From: Rebecca billardiae RCC1528 | Lineage: Eukaryota; Protista; Haptophyta | Assembly: GCA_965240325.2 (NCBI GenBank) | Contig: OZ251230.1 | Location: forward strand, 806,001 to 870,000 | Direction of reading: 5' to 3' | DNA length: 64,000 nt | In this document: positions 23,301 through 34,100 of the stretch, piece after piece | How the letters are laid out: each line of letters starts with the position of its first letter | How positions within the stretch are numbered: position 1 is the first letter of the stretch | Translations under genes and position numbers: made by a program | Notes under the pieces: model-generated | What the model saw: the letters and a program-made list of their open reading frames with translations, nothing else | Database searches by the model: none | What the model was told of the DNA's origin: nothing

Positions 23301-26300
23301 GCGGGCGCTCGAGGCGCGCGCATGCATGCTGCATCGCGTGCGCCATCGCACACGCTGCTCAGCTGCGCCCCGCCCCGCGCCCTCCCCTGCGCGCAGTTTC
23401 ACCGGCGTGGGTGACGAGGGTGCCACGCAGCTCGGCGCCGCCCTCGCGTCGGGCAAGACGCGCCTGCGGGAGCTGAACCTCTAGTGAGCGCTGGGGTGGG
23501 CACTCGGCGCGGCGCGCGGCGCGTGGACGGTGGGTGGCGGGGGAGGAGGGTGGGTGGCTTGCGTTGTCGTGGGCATCGATGCGCGCGAGCCCGGGCTGCC
23601 GCGCGCGCGCCGCGCCGAGCGCCGCGCCGCCGCGGCCGCGCGCGCCGCACGCTGCGGCGGCGGCGCGCACACGCGAGCGCGCGCGCATCGGCACACGCGC
23701 GCCGATGCGTGCGCGCGTGACGGGGGCGCGGGAGCTTGCGGCGCGCGCGTGCATGCTGCATCGCGTGCGCCATCGCACACGCCGCTCAGCCGCGCCCCGC
23801 CCCGCGCCCTCCCCTGCGTGCAGTGGCTGTGACGGCGTGGGTGGTGAGGTCCGGGCACGTGTGGATGAGGCCGTGGAGGCGAACAAGGCGCGGCTGCAGC
23901 AGGAGCCACCCAGGTGCAAGCGGTGGGGGGGCACAACGCGACGCGCCCGTGCACACGCGGGGCACGCGGGAAAGGGAGCAGCGGTCGGCGGTGATTGCCC
24001 GCCCGACGCGCGGCGCACCCCTGCTCTGCCACCGCACGCCCCTGGCACGCGCTTCGCCACCGCTCACGTGCGCGCCTCGCCCACCGCCTGCCTGCGCGTG
24101 CAGTGACGACTCTGCTGATGACTCTGCTGATGACTCTGCTGATGACTCGGCCTCTGGTGACGAGGCGGAGGCAGCGGAGGAGGCGGAAGCCGCGCTCGAC
24201 GCGCTCGCAGAGCGTCAACGCGCTGCGGACGCCGCGCGCGCCGCGCTCGGCGCCGAGCAGGCGGCCATCCGCGCCGCCCTCGGCCGCGGCGGCGTGGACG
24301 AGGCGCGGCTGGCGCGGCGCGACGCGCGCCGTGCCGAGCTGGGCGCCGCGCTCGAGGCGCTCGGCGCGTGCGCGCTCGACGCGCACGCGGACTCGCAGCA
24401 GCGCGCGGCGGCGCTGCGTCGCGAGGCGCGCGCGTTGCGCGCGGCGCTCGAGCGCGCGGGCACGCCAGAGCAGCCGCGCGCGCCAGCGGGCGACGGGTCC
24501 GCTCCGGCGCCCCTGCCGCCGTGTCGCGCGCTCGAGCGCGCGGTGGGCGCGGCGGTGCGCGCGCACGACGCCGCAGCGCCGCCCTCCGGCGCGGGCGCGG
24601 GCGGCGCGGCGCTCGCTGCCGCGTGGGCGGAGGTCGCGCGCCAGGCCATCGCCCTCGCGGCGCGCGGCACGTACGCCGACGCGGACGACGGCGCGTGCGC
24701 CTCGGCGTGGGCGCTCGCCATGCCCGGCCTGTGCGACGCGGCGCGCGCTGCCGCCACAAGCGGCGGTGGCCTGACCGACGCGGCGCGCGCGCGCGCGGCC
24801 GCGTGCGACGAGCACGCCGCAGTGGCCGAGCGCGCGCGCACGCTCGCGCGCGAGGCGGAGGCGGAGGCGCGCGAGCTCCGCGCGCTGCCGTCCGCCGAGC
24901 GCGCGCACGGCGCGCACGAGCTGCGCGAGCGCGAGGAGGCGTGCAGGGCGGCGGCGCGCGCGCTGCGTCTCGCGCGCCACGCTTTAGAAAACGCGCAGGA
25001 CGACGGCGGCGACGTGGACGGCGCACAGCGCGCGCTCGTCGACGCGCAGCGGCGCGCGCAGCGCACGCAGCGCGCGCGCGAGCGCTCGCTCGACCGTCTG
25101 TACGAGCTGGCGGGCGGGCCGTTCCCCGAGCTGCCCGCCATGCTGCCCGAGGCGTTCGACGGCGCGGGCGCGCTGCCCGCGGGCGCGCGGCCCGCGTGGC
25201 TGCACGGCCGCACGCTCGCGCAGTACGAGCCGTGCGAGTGGCCCGACGGCGCGGCGCCCGGCCGCGCGCGGCACGAGGTGCTGCTGCGCGCGTTCGCGGG
25301 CGAGCGCGTCGTGCTCAAGGTGTACCCGCTGGCGAGCGACACGGAGCGCCGGCTGCTCGGGCGCGAGGTGGAGTTTGCGCGGGCGCACGCGCACCCACAC
25401 CTCGCGCGCGTGGCGGGCGTCTTTGTCGACGAGCCGCGCGGCGCGCGCTGCGCGCTCGTGCAGACGCCGCTCTACTCGGGCGGCACGCTGCGCGGCTGGC
25501 TCGAGCGTGACGAGGCGACTGCCTTGCCGCCCGAGGCGGTGCGCGGCGGCGCGCCGGGCGCGCGAATGCTCGAGCCGGCGCACGCGCGCGTCGCGCCCGT
25601 GCGCGTGCGCGCGCTGCGGCAGCTGCTGGGCGCGCTCGCGCACCTGCACGCGCGCGGCGCGGTGCACGGCGACGTGAAGCTCGAGAACGCGTTCGTGCAG
25701 CTGCCGGGCGACGACGCGGCCGAGCGGCCGCTCGGCGCGGCCGAGCCGTTCCGCGTGCTGCTCGGCGACTTTGACCTGGCGCGCGTGGAGGAGGCGCTGC
25801 AGCACGCGGCTGGCGGCGGCGTGCCGAGCGCGACGACGCGCGCGGGCGCGGGCACCGAGGGCCACATGGCGCCCGAGCTGCTCGTGCCCGGCGCGCGCGC
25901 GAGCGCGGCGTCGGACGTGTTCGCGTTCGGCGTGTGCGTGCTGCGCGCGCTCGCGGCCGACGAGCCGACGCGCGCCGCGCTCGTGGGCTCGGTGCAGGGC
26001 GCGCGCGCCGCGGCGGCTGCGCTGGGCGAGCCGCTCGTCGTGGCCGCGCTGGCGGACGCGCCGGGCGCGCGGCCGAGCGCGGCGCAGCTCGAGGGCGCGG
26101 CGCTGTGGGCGGCAAGCGACGAGGCGCTGCGCGCGGCCGAGGCCGAGCGCGAGGCGGCGGCCGCGAGCGCGCGCGCCGCGCTGCGCACGTGCGCGGTGTG
26201 CTTGGACGAGGAGGTGCCGCCGGACGAGTGCGCCGAGTGCGCGGGCGGCGGGCACGCGGTGTGCTCGCTCTGCCTCTCCACGCACGTGCAGCTGTGCGCG

Positions 26301-26954
26301 CAGCCCGACGGCGGCGGCGGCGCGGCGCTCGACGCGGACGGGCGCGTGCCGTGCGTCGAGGCGGGCAGCGGCTGCGCACACGCGTACCTGGACGGCGAGC
26401 TCGCGCGCCGCACGACCGCCGCCGCGTTCGGCGCGTACTGGCGCGCGCGCGAGCAGCACGCCGAGGCGCGCGGCGAGGAGCGCGCGGCCGAGCGCGCGCG
26501 CGCCGAGGCCGAGCGCCTCGCGGCGCTCAGCGCGGCCGAGCGCGTGCGCGAGCAGCGGCGCGCGCACATCATCGATCATATCCTCACGCTCAAGTGCCCG
26601 CGCTGCGGCATGGCGTTTGCCGAGTGGCTCGACGGCGCGCGCGGCTTCGACGGCTGCTGCGCGCTGCAGTGCGCGCGCGATCGGTGCGGCTGCCACTTCT
26701 GCGCCTACTGCCTCGCCGACTGCGGCGCCGACGCGCACCCGCACGTGCGCGGCTGCGAGCACGGCAACGGCACGTACTTTGCGCAGCGCGGCGAGTTTGA
26801 GGCGGCGCAGCGCGCGCGGCGCGAGCGCGCGCTGCGCCGCTACCTCGCCGACGAGGCGGGCGCGGACGGCGCGGCGCGCCAAGCGATCGTCGCGTCCGTC
26901 GAGCGCGAGCTGCGCGACCTCCGCATCGACCCAGACGCACTCGCGCGCGAGTGA
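20316..26954 (+). CDS. LRR-kinase-RBR-like E3 protein, copy B (7 LRR exons, ~1247 aa). Exons 20316-20503, 20831-20917, 21261-21347, 21688-21777, 22116-22205, 22535-22621, 22967-23053, 23397-23483, 23824-23913, 24104-26954
   Basis: Same architecture and motifs as copy A. All introns are phase 2 and the spliced frame is open. Confidence 0.9.
20831..23823 (+). repeat. Exon+intron tandem array B, seven ~430-bp units
   Basis: Same unit as array A. Confidence 0.95.
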
Positions 26955-27239
26955 CCGGTGGGCCCCGGGGGCGTCGGCTGCGCGCAGTGTCAGGCGCTGG
27001 CGGGCACGTGGGCACGAGCTGAGCGCGATGATGCTCTGCAGGGGCCACGTGTGCGCATGCACCGCCACGCTGAACACGCTGGTGGCGAATCGCGCGTGGC
27101 GGCTGGGGGCGCTGACCCAGCTCCGCGCCGTCGGGAGCTCCGAGCCGGAGCTACGCCGGCCGCTGAGGGGCCTCGGGGAGAGGGATGAGACGGGGGCGCG
27201 CGCTGCACTGGCGCGTCGGCTGGCAGCAGCTCAGCCGCG

Positions 27240-28003
27240 CGCTCCAGTGAACGGCGCACGGACGGTGAACGAGTTGGCGACCTTCTCCTTCGTGCTGACG
27301 AAATCGCTCAGTCAGCTTGCCGAGGAGGATCCCCGCCCACTTGTGCGCGTACCCGCTCGACGCGTCCACGGCGACGGCGGCGTCGGCGAGCTCGATCCCC
27401 GATCGGATCAGCTCCTCGCGCCGCGCCGCGTCATCAGCCGCCTGCTCGGACAGCTCGTAGCGCGCGCGCGCACGCCGCCAGAGGAGCTCGACGTCGTCAG
27501 CCGCGGGTGCAGCGGAGGCCTCCTGCTCGAGCAGTGCGTACAGAGCTTCGTATTCGCCCGTGGCGCGCATCTCGTCCGCGCGCGAGAAGCGCGCTGGGCT
27601 CTCTTCGAGCGGCGGTGCCATCTTGATCTGCCCACTCGGCCTCTCGAGGCTGGTCGCACCGTCCCGCCCCCGGTGGCACGGGTGAGGCCGAGCCGTCCAG
27701 TGCAGCCCGCGCTGCAGCCTCGCCCGGTGCGGTAGCATCGGGTTTGCGGCGGCGATAGAGCCGCAGCGGCGAAAGGCGCGAGAGAAGCCGACGTACGCGG
27801 CCAGGCCGCGCTGAAGCTTCCTCCTCCCGTTCCTCCTCGCAGGACGAATCAACCATCATGGCAACACACGTGCGTGCAGGCGAAGGCGGCAGGAGCTTGC
27901 ATCCGGGCGCGAGGGTCGGAGATGAGCCTGGCCAGTGCGCGCGAGGAATGTGGGCACCACCAAAGGGCACGGCGGCGAGCACTAGCACGACGGCCAACCG
28001 CAT
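27240..28003 (-). pseudogene. RMDN/RMD-1 5' fragment, second copy, frameshifted and truncated
   Basis: MAPPLEESPARFSRADEMRATGEYEALYALLEQ...DDVELLWRRARARYELS...YAHKWAGILLGKL. A 4-bp TCAG duplication at ~27308-27315 shifts the frame. Confidence 0.7.
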
Positions 28004-28180
28004 TACGCGGCCGTCCACCGCCGCGGGAGATTGGGCAGCCGTCAAGACCGAAGACGACTCGCGCTCGTCACGAAAAGCTGAGACGAAATGAAAGGCGCTT
28101 CGCATCCGGACCAGCAACCACCGGAACTCCGGAAGGCATGACGGCCATCGCCGCTCTCGGAGGCCGCCCAGCGCGAGAGC

Positions 28181-31100
28181 ATGGCTGATGGCGTGGACGC
28201 GTCCCCGCTCGCGGAGCTCGCGGAGCTGTGGGGGCAAGGCGACGTGGCGGCGCTGCTCGAGGCGAGCGAGGTTCGCCTTCATGACGACGCGGTCTCCCAG
28301 GGCGTGCCGTGGCAGGGCGTGCTCGAGCTGCTCCTCACGTCCACACGCCTCGAGAAACTCAACCTCGGGTGTGCGCAGAGCAGTGGGGCGGGCAGGTGGC
28401 GGCGCCACGTGGCGCGTGCAGACAGATGCGCATGGGCACACACTGCCCTGCATGTGGCTGGCCCCGCGGCGCGTGTCAGCGCCGCTCCGGGTGCCGCGCC
28501 ACCGCCGCCGCGTACGCCACACGCGGTGCTCACGGCGGCACGTGAGCGCGAGCACACAGGCGGTGCACGCGCGGAGATGCGTGCGCGCGTGACGGGCGGG
28601 CGGGAGCTTGAGGCGCGCGCATGCATGCTGCATCGCGTGCACAATCGCACACGCCGCTCAGCCGCGCCCCGCCCCGCGCCCTCCCCTGCGCGCAGTTTCA
28701 CCGGCGTGGGTGACGAGGGTGCCACGCAGCTCGGCGCTGCCCTCGCGTCGGGCAAGACGCGCCTGCGGGGGCTGGACCTCACGTGAGCGCTGGGGTGGGC
28801 ACTCGGCGCGGCGTGCGGCGCGTGGACGGTGGGCGGCGGGGGAGGAGGGTGGGTGGCGTGCGTTGTCACGGGCATCGATGCGCGCGAGCCCGGGCTGCCG
28901 CGCGCGCCCCGCGCCGAGCGCCGTGCCCCCGCCGCCGCGCGCGCCGCACGCGGCGGCGGCGGCGGCGCGCACACGCGAGCGCGCGCGCATCGGCGCACGC
29001 GCGCCGATGCGTGCGCGCGTGACGGGGGCGCGGAAGCTTGCGGCGCGCGCGTGCATGCTGCATTGCGTGCGCCATCGCACACGCCGCTCAGCTGCGCCCC
29101 GCCCCGTGCCCTCCCCTGCGTGCAGTGCCTGCCACGGCGTGGGTGACGAGGGTGCCACGCAGCTCGGCGCCGCCCTCGCGTCGGGCAAGACGCGCCTGCG
29201 GGTGCTGAACCTCTGGTGAGCGCTGGGGTGGGCACTCGGCGCGGCGCGCGGCGCGTGGACGGTGGGTGGCGGGGGAGTAGGGTGGGTGCCGCGCATTGTC
29301 ACGGGCATCGATGCGCGCGAGCCCGGGCCACCACGCGCGCGCCGCGCCGAGCGCCGCGCCGCCGCCGCGCCGCGCGCTGCACGCTGCGGCAGCGGCGGCG
29401 CGCACACGCGAGCGCGCGCGCATCGGCACACGCGCGCCGATGCGTGCGCGCGTGACGGGGGCGCGGAAGCTTGCGGCGCGCGCGTGCATGCTGCATCGCG
29501 TGCGCCATCGCACACGCCGCTCAGCTGCGCCCCGCCCCGTGCCCTCCCCTGCGTGCAGTGCCTGCCACGGCGTGGGTGACGAGGGTGCCACGCAGCTCGG
29601 CGCCGCCCTCGCGTCGGGCAAGACGCGCCTGCGGGAGCTGCACCTCTAGTGAGCGCTGGGGTGGGCACTCGGCGCGGCGCGCGGCGCGTGGACGGTGGGC
29701 GGCGGGGGAGGAGGCTGGGTGGCGCGCATTGTCACGGGCATCGATGCGCACGAGCCCGGGCTATCGCGCGCGCCCCGCGCCGAGCGCCGTGCCCCCGCCG
29801 CCGCGCGCGCCGCACGCGGCGGCGGCGGCGGCGCGCACACGCGAGCGCGCGCGCATCGGCACACGCGCGCCGATGCGTGCGCGCGTGACGGGGGCGCGGG
29901 AGCTTGCGGCGCGCGCATGCATGCTGCATCGCGTGCGCCATCGCACACGCCGCTCAGCCGCGCCCCGCCCCGCGCCCTCCCCTGCGCGCAGTCAGACCGG
30001 CGTGGGTGACGAGGGTGCCACGCAGCTCGGCGCCGCCCTCGCGTCGGGCAAGACGCGCCTGCGGGAGCTGCACCTCGGGTGAGCGCTGGGGTGGGCACTC
30101 GGCGCGGCGCGCGGCGCGTGGGCGGTGGGCGGCGGGGGAGGAGGGTGGGTGGCGTGCGTTGTCACGGGCATCGATGCGCGCGAGCCCGGGCTGCCGCGCG
30201 CGCCCCGCGCCGAGCGCCGTGCCCCCGCCGCCGCGCGCGCCGCACGCGGCGGCGGCGGCGGCGCGCACACGCGAGCGCGCGCGCATCGGCGCACGCGCGC
30301 CGATGCGTGCGCGCGTGACGGGGGCGCGGAAGCTTGCGGCGCGCGCGTGCATGCTGCATCGCGTGCGCCATCGCACACGCCGCTCAGCCGCGCCCCGCCC
30401 CGCGCCCTCCCCTGCGCGCAGTCAGACCGGCGTGGGTGACGAGGGTGCCACGCAGCTCGGCGCCGCCCTCGCGTCGGGCAAGACGCGCCTGCGGGAGCTG
30501 CACCTCGGGTGAGCGCTGGGGTGGGCACTCGGCGCGGCGCGCGGCGCGTGGGCGGTGGGCGGCGGGGGAGGAGGTTGGGTGACGCGCATTGTCACGGGCA
30601 TCGATGCGCGCGAGCCCGGGCTGCCGCGCGCGCGCCGCGCCGAGCGCCGCGCCGCCGCCGCCGCGCGCGCCGCACGCTGCGGCAGCGGCGGCGCGCACAC
30701 GCGAGCGCGCGCGCATCGGCACACGCGCGCCGATGCGTGCGCGCGTGACGTGGGCGCGGGCGCTCTAGGCTAGGCGCGCGCATGCATGATGCATCGCGTG
30801 CGCCGTCGCACATGCTGCTCAGCCGCGCCCCGCCCCGCGCCCTCCCCTGCGCGCAGTAACACCCGCGTGGGTGACGAGGGTGCCACGCAGCTCGGCGCCG
30901 CCCTCGCGTCGGGCAAGACGCGCCTGCGGGGGCTGAACCTCCGGTGAGCGCTGGGGTGGGCACTCGGCGCGGCGCGCGGCGCGTGGACGGTGGGCGGCGG
31001 GGGAGGAGGCGGGGTGGCGCGCATCGTCACGGGCATCGATGCGCACGAGCTCGGGCCGCCGCGCGCGCGCTGCGCCGAGCGCCGCGCCGCAGCCGCCGCG

Positions 31101-34100
31101 CGCGCTGCACGCTGCGGCGGCGGTGGCGCGCACACGCGAGCGCGCGCGCATTGGCGCACGCGCGCCGATGCGTGCGCGCGTGACGGGGGCGCGGGAGCTT
31201 GCGGCGCGCGCATGCATGCTGCATGGCGTGCGCCATCGCACACGCCGCTCAGCCGCGCCCCGCCCCGCGCCCTCCCCTGCACGCAGCAACGCCAGCGTGG
31301 GTGACAAGGGTGCCACGCAGCTCGGCGCCGCCCTCGCGTCGGGCAAGACGCGCCTGCGGGTGCTGTCCCTCGAGTGAGCGCTGGGGTGGGCACTCGGCGC
31401 GGCGCGCGGCGCGTGGACGGTGGGCGGCCGGGGATGAGGCTGCGTGCTGCACAGCGTCACGGGCATCGATGCGCGCGAGGCCGGGCTACCGCGCGCGCCC
31501 CGCGCCGAGCGCCGCGCCCCCGCCGCCGCGCGCGCCGCCTGCGGCGGCGGCGGCGGCGCGCACACGCGAGCGCGCGCGCATCGGCACACGCGCGCCGATG
31601 CGTGTGCGCGTGACGGGCGGGCGGGAGCTTGCGGCGCGCGCATGGATGCTACATCGCGTGCGCCATGGCACACGCCGCTCAGCCGCGCCCCGCCCCGCGC
31701 CCTCCCCTGCGCGCAGTTACTGCCGCGGCGTGGGTGACGAGGGTGCCACGCAGCTCGGCGCCGCCCTCGCGTCGGGCAAGACGCGCCTGCGGGTGCTGGA
31801 CCTCTGGTGAGCGCTGGGGTGGGCACTCGGCGCGGCGCGCGGTGCGTGGACGGTGGGCGGCGGGGGAGGAGGGTGGGTGCTGCGCATCGTTACGGGCATC
31901 GATGCGCACGAGTCAGGGCTGCCGCGTGCGCCCCGCGCCGAGCGCCGCGCCGCCACCACCGCGCGCGCCGCACGCTGCGGCAGCGGCGGCGCGCACACGC
32001 GAGCGCGCGCGCATCGGCACACGCGCGCCGATGCGTGCGCGCGTGACGGGGGCGCGGGAGCATGCGGCGTGCCCATGCATGCTGTATCACGCGCGCCATC
32101 GCGCACGCCGCTTAGCCGCGCCCCGCCCCCGCGCCCTCCCTTGCGCGCAGGGGATGCCGCGGCGTGGGTGACGAGTGTGCCACGCAGCTCGGCGCCGCCC
32201 TCGCGTCGGGCAAGACGCGCCTGCGGGAGCTGATCCTCGAGTGAGCGCTGGGGTGGGCCCTCGGCGCGGCGCGTGGTGCGTGGATGTTGGACGGCGGGGG
32301 AGGAGGGTGGGTGACGCGCATCGTCACGGGCATCGATGCGCTCGAGCGCGGGCCGCCGCGCGCGCGCCACACCGAGCGGCGTGCCGCCGCTGCCGAGCGC
32401 GCCACACGCTGTGGCAGCGGCGCGCACACGCGAGCGCACGCATCGGCGCACGCGCGCCGATGCGTGCGCGCGTGACGGGGGCGCGGGAGCTTGCGGCGCG
32501 CGCGTGCATGCTGCATCGCGTGCGCCATCGCACACGCCGCTCAGCCGCGTCTGGCCCCGCGCCCTCCCGTGCGCGCAGTGGCACCGGCGTGGGTGACGAG
32601 GGTGCCACGCAGCTCGGCGCCGCCCTCGCGTCGGGCAAGACGCGCCTGCGGGAGCTGAACCTCCGGTGAGCGCTGGGGTGGGCCCTCGGCGCGGCGCGCG
32701 GCGCGTGGACGGTGGGCGGCGGGGGAGGAGGCTGGGTGGCTCTCATGGTCACGGGCATCGATGCGCACGAGCCCGGGCTACCACGCGCGCGCCTCGCCGA
32801 GCGCCGTGCCCCCGCCGCCGCGTGCGCCGCACGCGGCGGCGGCGGCGGCGCGCACACGCGAGCGCGCGCGCATCGGCGCACGCGCCGATGCGTGCGCATG
32901 TGACAGGGTTGCGGGCACATGCACGCGCGCATGCATGCTGTATCGCGTGCGCCATCGCACACGCCGTTCAGCCGCGCCCCGCCCCTCGCCCTCCCCCGCA
33001 CGCAGTCTCACCGACACGTCTGGCGAGGTCCGGGCACGCGTCAATCAGGCCGTGAAGGCGAACAGGGCGCGGCTGGAGCAGGAGCCACCCAGGTGCAAGC
33101 GGCGGGGGGGCACAACGCGACGCGCCCGTGCACGCGCGGGGCGGGCGGGAAAGGGGGCAGCGGTCGGCACTGATTGCCCGCCCGATGAGCGGCGCACCCC
33201 GGCTCTGCCACCGCACACCTGTGGCACGCACTTTGCCGCCGCTCACGTGCGCGCCTCGCCCACCGCCTGCCTGCGCGTGCAGTGACGACTCTGCTGATGA
33301 CTCTGCTGATGACTCTGCTGACGACTCTGCTGACGACTCGGCCTCTGGCGACGAGGCGGGGGCGGAGGAGGCGGAGGGGGTGGAGGAGGCGGAGACCGCG
33401 CTCGACGCGCTCGCGGAGCGGCGGCGCGCTGCGGACGCCGCGCGCGCCGCGCTCGGCGCCGAGCAGGCGGCCATCCGCGCCGCCCTCGGCCGCGGCGGCG
33501 TGGACGAGGCGCGGCTGGCGCGGCGCGACGCGCGCCGTGCCGAGCTGGGCGCCGCGCTCGAGGCGCTCGGCGCGTGCGCGCTCGACGCGCACGCGGACTC
33601 GCAGCAGCGCGCGGCGGCGCTGCGTCGCGAGGCGCGCGCGTTGCGCGCGGCGCTCGAGCGCGCGGGCACGCCAGAGCAGCCGCGCGCGCCAGCCGGCGAC
33701 GGGTCCGCTCCGGCGCCCCTGCCGCCGTCTCGCGCGCTCGAGCGCGCGGTGGGCGCGGCGGTGCGCGCGCACGACGCCGCAGCGCCGCCCTCCGGCGCGG
33801 GCGGTGGCGGCGCGGCGCTCGCTGCCGCGTGGGTGGAGGTCGCGCGCCAGGCCATCGCCCTCGCGGCGCGCGGCACGTACGCCGACGCGGACGACGGCGC
33901 GTGCGCCTCGGCGTGGGCGCTCGCCATGCCCGGCCTGTGCGACGCGGCGCGCGCTGCCGCCACAAGCGGCGGTGGCCTGACCGACGCAGCGCGCGCGCGC
34001 GCGGCCGCGTGCGACGAGCTCGCCGCAGTGGCCGAGCGCGCGCGCACGATCGCGCGCGAGGCGGAGGCGGAGGCGCGCGAGCTCCGCGCGCTGCCGTCCG

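Noticed and set aside
12495-33005. CRISPR-like repeat/spacer array
   Set aside because: The constant part is a coding exon core and the 'spacers' are homologous GT-AG introns. The context is eukaryotic and no cas genes are present.
12173-33285. Dozens of Arg/Ala-rich ORFs on both strands in the arrays
   Set aside because: They are translations of repeated GC-rich introns or antisense shadows of real exons.
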